Part shown: positions 1 to 6,575 of the stretch, piece after piece
Layout: each line of letters starts with the position of its first letter
Numbering within the stretch: the stretch's first letter is position 1
Assembly: GCA_048882505.1 (NCBI GenBank)
Contig: JBHLRO010000031.1
Coordinates: forward strand, 1-12,467
From: Candidatus Thorarchaeota archaeon
GTDB taxonomy: Archaea; Asgardarchaeota; Heimdallarchaeia; Hodarchaeales; Hodarchaeaceae
Length of the DNA stretch: 12,467 bases
Direction of reading: 5' to 3'
Translations under genes and position numbers: made by a program
The notes under the pieces: generated by a model
Told to the model about the DNA's origin: nothing
The model's database searches: none
Seen by the model: only the letters and a program-made list of their open reading frames with translations

Positions 1-177
1 TTTCGATGACTGAACAGAAGGATACTGAGTACTCGAGCTGTAATTGATGTTTACACATTTCTTCAAAACTAGGGAATTCTATCTTCTGAGTCCTTTTGTT
101 ATCTTCAAGACACTTAATTCCAATCTTGTTAAAACATCAGTTGGTCTGAGGCTTCAGGTATCAACAGTTACAGGCTA

Positions 178-639
178 TCATTCCTTGAATTTCATTGGCG
201 ACTCTCGTTCAAAATCAGATAAAGTCTCTGTGTTTAGTCCTTTAAGGTCTTTTTTCATTAATAAGAAAAAATCATTTCAAAGTTTCTTTGGAATTGGGAA
301 TTTTTGCAGTGAATTGAAAAAAGCCAAAGCAAGAGGCTTTTCCAATGAATCACCGGAATAGGATTTTTCTACCATTAGTTCCCATTTTTGAAATTCTGCT
401 AAAACTTCTTCTTTATCTAATGTCATTCCTGATAACTTCTGTTTGTCCACGATATTGTCTACCACTCTCATAATAGCAAACATCACAATAGCGGCTTCTA
501 CTCTATTCTGATCTCCGAGTAGTGATATTACTTGAAACAAGTCAGGATCGGAATTTTTTAGTATCTTTTCAGCCTTAAGCAGGCCTTTCTTAATTTGTGA
601 TTCGTACTCTGTAGCAAATTTTATTATGCTGTGTTCCAT
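178..639 (-). pseudogene. Squalene/phytoene synthase family (head-to-head trans-isoprenyl diphosphate synthase), disrupted and truncated
   Basis: ORF 277..657 reads AAIVMFAIMRVVDNIVD (first Asp-rich motif), FQKW, PLALAFFNSLQKFPIP. Family-like sequence continues in frame past the TGA at 277-279 (NDFFLLMKKDLKGLNTETLSDFE, cf. the M..DL...ETF..L pattern) to a second TGA at 178-180. The C-terminal half with the second Asp-rich motif is not recognisable in 1-177. Likely start ATG 639 (AAAGGTTG upstream); 657 is an alternative. Confidence 0.75.
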
Positions 640-1026
640 TTTAATACAACCTTTCATCTATTGTATTTCGGTAATTGTTTCTACGATCACTTTACAACTC
701 AAGATTCTCCTTGAATCATTACTTTAAATATGGTAAAAGGCCGTTTCAAACGTTTTTGAAACGAGAAAAAAAAAATTCCAAACCGTGGCGGATTTGACCG
801 ATAATGTGACTACGGGGCTTTCAGCGGATTATTTCTACCACATTCCCGCGAGAAAGATAAGAAACCTGTACAGATAAAATGCCTGTCAGCACGTCAAATC
901 CCTTCCCAAATACTGGTTCCTCGGATTGATATGCGTTATCGGAGATTCTAGATATTGAAATCTTTTGGGTCAAGGAATCAAAGACAGAATACTCAAATCG
1001 TGAATTGATCGATCTGTTGTTTCGGT

Positions 1027-1713
1027 TTATGCGGGTATCTCTGGTAGACACACTTTTTCGGCTTCTTGTAGGGAAAATGAGATTTGGTCTCCGATTTCCT
1101 CTGCGATACCATAAGACAACGGTTGATTATGCCCTTCTACATTAAAACACCCTAAGGATGCCACCTTGCTGTCGTTTATTAAGCAGGGCAAATGTGTGTG
1201 TCCAGTTATCAGCCAATGATGTTTTGGCAACGTGTAAACTTTCTTCAGATTTATCAAAAAACCTGGAACCTCTTGTTTATCAAGCCAGTACGGATTATTC
1301 CCATCATGAGTGAACCAAATCTTCTCTTGGTTGGTTTTATACACGATAAAGGAATCAGGATAAATATGAAGATTATCCTTAGACCATTTCTGGATTTGAT
1401 CTTCAATCAAAACTTTATCGTGATTTCCACCTATTAAAAAAATCTCTTGTTCTAGGTCTCTAAAAAATGTCATTATTTGAAGTACAAAATGATTATTCTC
1501 TTGACCATAATGAAATAAATCGCCTAACACAAGGATTTGGTCAGGCCTAGTCTCCCTAATTAATCTCGAAAAACACTTCATCGTTTCCTCTACCGATTCA
1601 ACGCTAAAATAACCATACCTGTTTGAAAAATGGTGATCACTAGTCAATAACGCATTTAAGGGCCTTAATAGACAGATTTGCCTAATAGATCCATCCCTGT
1701 TTAGTAAATCCAT
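1027..1713 (-). CDS. Calcineurin-like metallophosphoesterase
   Basis: All five metallophosphoesterase motifs in order: TSDHHF, LGDLFH, GGNHD, FTH, TGHTH. Confidence 0.9.
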   Translation of the reverse strand: MDLLNRDGSIRQICLLRPLNALLTSDHHFSNRYGYFSVESVEETMKCFSRLIRETRPDQILVLGDLFHYGQENNHFVLQIMTFFRDLEQEIFLIGGNHDKVLIEDQIQKWSKDNLHIYPDSFIVYKTNQEKIWFTHDGNNPYWLDKQEVPGFLINLKKVYTLPKHHWLITGHTHLPCLINDSKVASLGCFNVEGHNQPLSYGIAEEIGDQISFSLQEAEKVCLPEIPA

Positions 1714-1762
1714 TAAAAAGTCAAAGGATTGGTAAAATTATTTTCCTTTATTGGTGTTATCC

Positions 1763-1774
1763 GATATTAATATC
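1763..1774. promoter_or_regulatory. Perfect 12-bp palindrome GATATTAATATC, candidate operator in a divergent promoter region
   Basis: Self-complementary 12-mer between the divergent starts at 1713 (-) and 1882 (+). It is AT-rich, so chance occurrence is possible. Confidence 0.3.
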
Positions 1775-1881
1775 CAAAATTTACCTCCCAAAAGATCTAC
1801 TACGTTAAATACATCAAAATAATTAAAAAAACACCTTAATTAAAAACGCATTCAATTTGCATAATGAAATGGTGAAAATTA

Positions 1882-2244
1882 ATGGCTAAAATTCTCGTTC
1901 ATATCACTCACGGACCGGAGCACCCAACTCGCGCCGCCCTGGGATTTCACGTTGCCAAAGCTGCAATTGAAGAAGGACATGAAGTCACAGTATTTTTGGC
2001 GGGGGATGGCGTCCAGCTCATGCGTGAGGGAGCTATCAATCACTTGAGCGGATTGGGGACTGGTAATCTACGAGAGCTGTATGATGTAATTGTCGCAAAT
2101 GGTACCAAGTTCTATCTCTCTGGAATGTCCTCTAAAACCCGTGGTCTTACCGAAGCGGAACTCCAAGGCAAAAATTATGAATTCGCGGCTCCTAAACAGC
2201 TCGTACAACTGGCTGTTGAACACGACCGTATGTTTGCTTATTAG
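1882..2244 (+). CDS. DsrE/DsrF-like family protein, cysteine-free variant
   Basis: KILVHITHGPEHPTRA...AIEEGHEVTVFLAGDGV...FYLSGMSSKTRG...LVQLAVEHD matches the DsrE fold pattern. GGTGA ribosome-binding site at 1870-1874 precedes ATG 1882. Confidence 0.85.
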   Translation: MAKILVHITHGPEHPTRAALGFHVAKAAIEEGHEVTVFLAGDGVQLMREGAINHLSGLGTGNLRELYDVIVANGTKFYLSGMSSKTRGLTEAELQGKNYEFAAPKQLVQLAVEHDRMFAY

Positions 2245-2280
2245 CGGATCAGAGACCAACCCACAAATTTGAGAAAAATT

Positions 2281-2300
2281 CCTTTCTGCATAGCAAAAGG
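2281..2300 (+). terminator. Possible hairpin downstream of the DsrE-like gene
   Basis: CCTTTCTGC-ATA-GCAAAAGG imperfect stem about 40 nt after the stop; no clear U-tract. Confidence 0.2.
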
Positions 2301-2321
2301 TTGGAATTGGAGTGTTACTTC

Positions 2322-2531
2322 GTGAAAAGTGGCTCCGTAGAATTGGCATCAAACGTTTGGAAAAACTTGGGCAAAAAAGAAAATGGTATAAGATTCATTA
2401 GACTGCTCCATCAAAATCTGGATTTCTATTTAAAGAGCGATTACCGTAGTGAAGCTACGTTCCTGAATGACATTTTTAACTTGACCTGGTATATTCGCTC
2501 CAAGTTCATCAAACTAGAAAACAGATCGTAG
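2322..2531 (+). CDS. Hypothetical small protein (69 aa from GTG 2322; the track starts it at TTG 2301)
   Basis: Fills the gap between the DsrE-like gene and the convergent methyltransferase without overlap. GGAG lies shortly upstream of the GTG. No recognisable motif. Confidence 0.35.
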   Translation: MKSGSVELASNVWKNLGKKENGIRFIRLLHQNLDFYLKSDYRSEATFLNDIFNLTWYIRSKFIKLENRS

Positions 2532-2540
2532 ATTGATTAA

Positions 2541-3062
2541 CTACAACCACCGTCTTACTCGTTTTTTGTACTCTGAATATTTTTCTCCAAACGCTTCTTC
2601 AAGGTGTTTCTCTTCCCATCGAACTAAAAACCACCAAAAAAATGTCATTATCAGGATTCCGGTTATAAACAAGGGAACGCTACCTATAAAGAAAGACAGA
2701 CCAAATACCAAACAACACACACCCGTATAGATGGGATTCCGGCTAAACTTGTACGGTCCATCTACAATAAGCGTGGTGGGTACATGAAAAGGTTCTCTAT
2801 CTGTTAATCCAATTTTACCAACAACTAATAGCATATAATTTGCCCAGGTAACCAATATAAATCCCAGGATAATTACCAAGATTCCAAAAAGTTGGTAAGG
2901 GGCCTCAACTCTATTGTTCACGGGAAAAAAAAATCGCCACAAATCTTGAAGTACCGTATTTATTCTAAAAACTTCTCTCAATATGAAGGTCAAAATGATC
3001 GAAGAAACGACGATATACACTAGACCCAAGAAGGTCTTGGTATAATAGCGTTGGGTTTCCAT
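2541..3062 (-). CDS. Isoprenylcysteine carboxylmethyltransferase / phospholipid methyltransferase (ICMT/PEMT) family membrane protein
   Basis: Several hydrophobic helices plus LIVDGPYKFSRNPIYTG and EEKHLEEAFGEKYSEYKKRVRRW signatures. Start placed at ATG 3062 (METQ) because the 41-aa extension to 3185 does not look like this family. Confidence 0.9.
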   Translation of the reverse strand: METQRYYTKTFLGLVYIVVSSIILTFILREVFRINTVLQDLWRFFFPVNNRVEAPYQLFGILVIILGFILVTWANYMLLVVGKIGLTDREPFHVPTTLIVDGPYKFSRNPIYTGVCCLVFGLSFFIGSVPLFITGILIMTFFWWFLVRWEEKHLEEAFGEKYSEYKKRVRRWL

Positions 3063-3367
3063 AATTCTCACGCGTCTGAAGATGTGGGTCGGTGGAACTC
3101 TGACCCCCCCACGATCAGTTAAGTTTTTCGATAGAGGATGTTCTCTAGAACCCGTTCTCTTATATTTTGTGAAAAAAAGAATCATTTTCCACTTTCCTCA
3201 CACAACCCGAGTTTTGAGGGTAAGGGACTCTTACAATTTAAAGCGTTAGATAAAAACAAAAGATTCGGTGTAATCTGAGTAAAATATGTTAAAATCGTTG
3301 TGTCTAAAAAACTCTGTTCTGAGAAAGTCAATCCGATTTCCATTAGTAATGCGAGATTAGCTCACTT

Positions 3368-3565
3368 CTAATCGACTTCAACATCCAGATCACGAGAATC
3401 TACTCGACTATCATGATCCATTTCGTTGGTGTGCAACTCACAAAATGGACATAAACACTTCAGGCGTAGGGTCGTTTTATTAAATCCACAAATCGTACAG
3501 ACTTGTGTGTAGGCAGATGTGGCAGCGGATTTTCCCTTTCCTACTGGTTAATAACCTTCTCTCAT
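3368..3565 (-). pseudogene. Small Zn-ribbon-like ORF interrupted by an in-frame TAA
   Basis: Manual translation: MREGY*PVGKGKSAATSAYTQVCTICGFNKTTLRLKCLCPFCELHTNEMDHDSRVDSRDLDVEVD*. CxxC-x12-CxxC motif, TAA at 3548-3550, terminal TAG at 3368-3370. Confidence 0.45.
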
Positions 3566-3663
3566 TTTTTTACAACTTTTTATGATTTTTATAGTAAAAT
3601 GTGTTTTTTTCCTAACCACACTTACAGAACTAACTCCCCCCCGTGAATGAATACAGTTTATTT

Positions 3664-3987
3664 CTATATCGAGGAATCTATCCGCTCAATTTTGAAGTAA
3701 ACCGGTCGGAACCAGTCGGTACAACCCACAATGTTAGAATTCTCATCCTTCATATGTGGGATGGAGCCACCATAGGCAAGCATGAGTAAATCGTGACGGA
3801 TATCCGCCCACGCCCATTCGCAAAAGCCCTCTGGGGGCCTATATCTCGATTCTTTAGGAACAAGAAACTTTTGGCCATCTTCAAATCGTGAACACTCCTG
3901 TGTTGTCTGCATTTCCTCCTTAAGGTATGTTTTCACGATTTCTGGATTTGTTGTTCTCTTGATCACCGTGATTTTACAGTCATACAT
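3664..3987 (-). CDS. TIGR04076-family protein
   Basis: CKITVIKRT...CSRFEDGQKF...PEGFCEWAWADI...GCTDWFRPVYFKIERI matches the conserved pattern of this family as I recall it. Confidence 0.8.
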   Translation of the reverse strand: MYDCKITVIKRTTNPEIVKTYLKEEMQTTQECSRFEDGQKFLVPKESRYRPPEGFCEWAWADIRHDLLMLAYGGSIPHMKDENSNIVGCTDWFRPVYFKIERIDSSI

Positions 3988-4153
3988 CTTCTTTCACCAC
4001 AACTATTGGTTTTTGCCAGGAATTTAACTGTTTCGTCAGCTTTCGCCTAAGAAATCACTCGTTGAGCGGCGACTCCGAGCCACCCTGCTCAAAAAAAGGT
4101 TCTTTATAGATAGACTATTACGACCGTGTAATGTAATATCAGCACATAAGGGA

Positions 4154-4678
4154 GTGCAAACAAGAGTTAGTGTGAAAGAAATGGTTCAGAGAGCTATGGT
4201 CAATGTTTATCCTATCAGGTACAGAGATGATAAACTCGAGTTCCTCATGATAAAACGAGCTACATTGAGTTACAACTGGCAATGCGTAAGTGGTTCCGTG
4301 GGGAATACCATGGGGGCTCGTGATCACCCGAAAGGAGAAAGCCCTTTTGAGTCTGCAAAACGAGAACTGTTTGAAGAAACAGGATACATTCCTGATCTCC
4401 TACTCCCACTTAACATTCCTCTTGAACTCTACACAGAACATGAAGACGATGAGGGGGAAAAAACTCCTCCTCACCTTCAAGAAGAACTCAAGGAGATTCA
4501 ATTCCATAGTTTCATAGCTCTTATCGATCAGCGTCAAGATCCCGTCTTGAACCCAGCTGAACATACCGATTGGAAATGGTGCAGCTATGAAATCGCTTAT
4601 AACATAATAAAATGGGCTATAGAAAAAAAATTGTTAAGATTTGTTCATAATCACATTATTGGGAATCCATTAACTTAA
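4154..4678 (+). CDS. Nudix hydrolase (NudB-like WQxVxG subgroup)
   Basis: FLMIKRA, WQCVSG, Nudix box GESPFESAKRELFEETG, and C-terminal LNPAEHTDWKW. Start at GTG 4154 or ATG 4181. Confidence 0.88.
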   Translation: MQTRVSVKEMVQRAMVNVYPIRYRDDKLEFLMIKRATLSYNWQCVSGSVGNTMGARDHPKGESPFESAKRELFEETGYIPDLLLPLNIPLELYTEHEDDEGEKTPPHLQEELKEIQFHSFIALIDQRQDPVLNPAEHTDWKWCSYEIAYNIIKWAIEKKLLRFVHNHIIGNPLT

Positions 4679-4795
4679 ATTTTGCAAAAAACTTTACATA
4701 AATCGGTAGAAAAGTTTAACGTCAAAGGGGACAAGCCTATTTAAGGAAAACATTTCCTGAAAGACATAATAAAGGCATTCAGGTGATAATTTACA

Positions 4796-5542
4796 ATGTG
4801 TCGCTTGTTGGCAATATGCGGTTATTTTGAATCCTGGCGAGAAATCGTCATAGAGTTTCAGAAACTCGCCAAATTTGGTAAAAAAGCCCCGCATCAAGAT
4901 GGGTGGGGAATTGCAGGATCCAATGAGGGAAACTACGCCATGAGCTTGATTGATAAACAATTAGGATCAGCTTACGACTCAGAACAGTATTACAAAGCAA
5001 TATTTTCGCTAAAAAAACAACCTCAAATCGTACTTTGCCATTTAAGAAAAGCAAGCCTTACTGTACCAATTACATTAGCAAATGCTCAGCCATTTGTAAC
5101 TGAAAAATGGGCTTTTGTTCATAATGGAACAATATATCAAGCAGACACTCTTTCACGGGATACGGCCTATATTCAGACTTCCGATAATTCTGATACGGAA
5201 TTTTTCTTTCACTACCTGCTAACAAAACTATCAGCGTTTACCACAAATGAATCTAACCTAGGTACATTTACTGATTCGATTGTATCAATGAAAAACGATT
5301 TTTCGTCGATTAACTGCATGCTGAGTGATGGAGAGGATTTGTATGTGGTGCGTTGGTGTAAAAAACTCCCAAATTACTATACATTATTCCTTTACGAGCA
5401 AAATGGGGCTATCATCATTAGTTCTGAACCGTTAGCACCGAGTATTCTTAAAAACCAATGGCAGGAAATCCCTAATCAATCAGTATTAAGGATATCAGGA
5501 AGTCCCCCAGGCACTGAAATAATCACGTATTCTAAAATTTGA
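4796..5542 (+). CDS. Class II glutamine amidotransferase (YafJ/EgtC/Dug3-like, stand-alone)
   Basis: N-terminal MCRLL (catalytic Cys2), PHQDGWG, HLRKAS, NAQPF, FVHNGTI, NSDTE, IISSEPL. Confidence 0.92.
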   Translation: MCRLLAICGYFESWREIVIEFQKLAKFGKKAPHQDGWGIAGSNEGNYAMSLIDKQLGSAYDSEQYYKAIFSLKKQPQIVLCHLRKASLTVPITLANAQPFVTEKWAFVHNGTIYQADTLSRDTAYIQTSDNSDTEFFFHYLLTKLSAFTTNESNLGTFTDSIVSMKNDFSSINCMLSDGEDLYVVRWCKKLPNYYTLFLYEQNGAIIISSEPLAPSILKNQWQEIPNQSVLRISGSPPGTEIITYSKI

Positions 5543-5600
5543 GGTGAACTACCTCCTTGGCTATTCGCTGTGAAGATGTTCCTAGATATGACTGGAGGGA

Positions 5601-5618
5601 AACTATAAATACTATAAC
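5601..5618 (+). promoter_or_regulatory. Tandem ACTATAA boxes, putative TATA element of the ACT gene
   Basis: AACTATAAATACTATAAC ends about 25 nt upstream of GTG 5644. Confidence 0.3.
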
Positions 5619-5643
5619 GCCTCTATCCATAAGAAAATAGATA

Positions 5644-6033
5644 GTGAGGTTTTCTCAATTGAAAGATTTTGCCATTATTCTAGAAAACAAGCCTGGTAAG
5701 TTGGCTGAACTAGGAGAACTTTTAGGTAAGGAAAATATTAATATGGAAGGGCTTTCTGGAGCGTTATGTGAAGGAGAAGATATAGTTCATATTCTAGTGG
5801 AAGAACCTGGAAAAACATATAATGTACTGGAACGAGCTGGGTTCAATATTAAGGAACAGCGTGATGTCCTCGTTATCGATATTAGAGACATGGTAAAGAA
5901 ACCCGGGTCTGGAGGGAGTATATTTCGTAGGTTAGCTCAGGAAGGAATAAACATTGATTTGATTTATTTGGCTGAAAATAATAGATTAATCATAGGCGTA
6001 GATGATCTCAAAAAGGCCAATAGAATTCTGTAA
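5644..6033 (+). CDS. ACT domain-containing protein (two ACT repeats)
   Basis: IILENKPGKLAELGELLGKENINM and a second repeat DMVKKPGSGGSIFRRLAQEGINIDLIY; 129 aa. Confidence 0.88.
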   Translation: MRFSQLKDFAIILENKPGKLAELGELLGKENINMEGLSGALCEGEDIVHILVEEPGKTYNVLERAGFNIKEQRDVLVIDIRDMVKKPGSGGSIFRRLAQEGINIDLIYLAENNRLIIGVDDLKKANRIL

Positions 6034-6137
6034 TAGGCCTGAGTTCCGTGATGGTTTATCTCCCGATTGACTATCATAAGAATTTACTGATCTCTAGACC
6101 CTGAGAAAAATTACGGTATTAGAAACGGGATGCCAAA

Positions 6138-6425
6138 ATGAAGAGTACAAAAAAACCAATAACCAATATCTGTCACAGCTGCGGTCTTTCAAATGATATC
6201 CATGAAAGAGGTTCGGAAAAAGACGGAACACTCTGTGATGATTATTGTAACGATTGTTATGAGAAGGGGGAATTCATTGAACCTGAAATCACTCTTAAGG
6301 AAATGATTGAAAGAACCATCCCTTCCACTAAAAGATCTCGTAACATGACAACAACAGAAGCAAGAGATTATCTCAGAATTCTCCTACCCACTCTTAAACG
6401 ATGGCGTTCATCCAATCCTCGGTAA
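6138..6425 (+). CDS. Putative zinc-ribbon domain protein (Zn_ribbon_2-like)
   Basis: CHSCG...GSEKDGT...DYCNDCYEKGEF.EP.ITLKEMIE...LPTLKRW matches the family pattern. Confidence 0.85.
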   Translation: MKSTKKPITNICHSCGLSNDIHERGSEKDGTLCDDYCNDCYEKGEFIEPEITLKEMIERTIPSTKRSRNMTTTEARDYLRILLPTLKRWRSSNPR

Positions 6426-6575
6426 TAACAAGCAAAATTAAAGACAATAAACCTGATCAGATCAGGCCCAAAGGGAGGGAGAGGATCAGGAATAATAATA
6501 GTAGGTTTGCGATCGAAAATAGAAAACCTGCCATAACCAATGTTCTCTCCCCAATGAGATGAAAAAATCAACCAA

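Noticed and set aside
277-279. TGA recoding (alternative genetic code or selenocysteine) in the prenyl synthase
   Set aside because: TGG is used for Trp in the same gene. TGA terminates the GATase (5540-5542) and the 12000 gene at sensible positions. The position is not a Cys site, and the frame breaks again 32 codons later.
44-361. 105-aa plus ORF
   Set aside because: It is an antisense shadow of the prenyl synthase remnant, with no motifs.
806-822. GTGACTACGGGGCTTTC (and GTGAACTACCTCC at 5544-5556) resembling IS200/IS605-type end sequences
   Set aside because: The diagnostic subterminal hairpin is missing, no tnpA/tnpB is nearby, and the matches are too short to support.
821-1051. 76-aa minus ORF
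   Set aside because: It overlaps the phosphoesterase 3' end and has no motif or clear RBS; probably spurious.
2541-3062. ICMT as a eukaryotic-signature prenylation enzyme
   Set aside because: The ICMT/PEMT family is widespread in prokaryotes, and nothing here points to CaaX processing.
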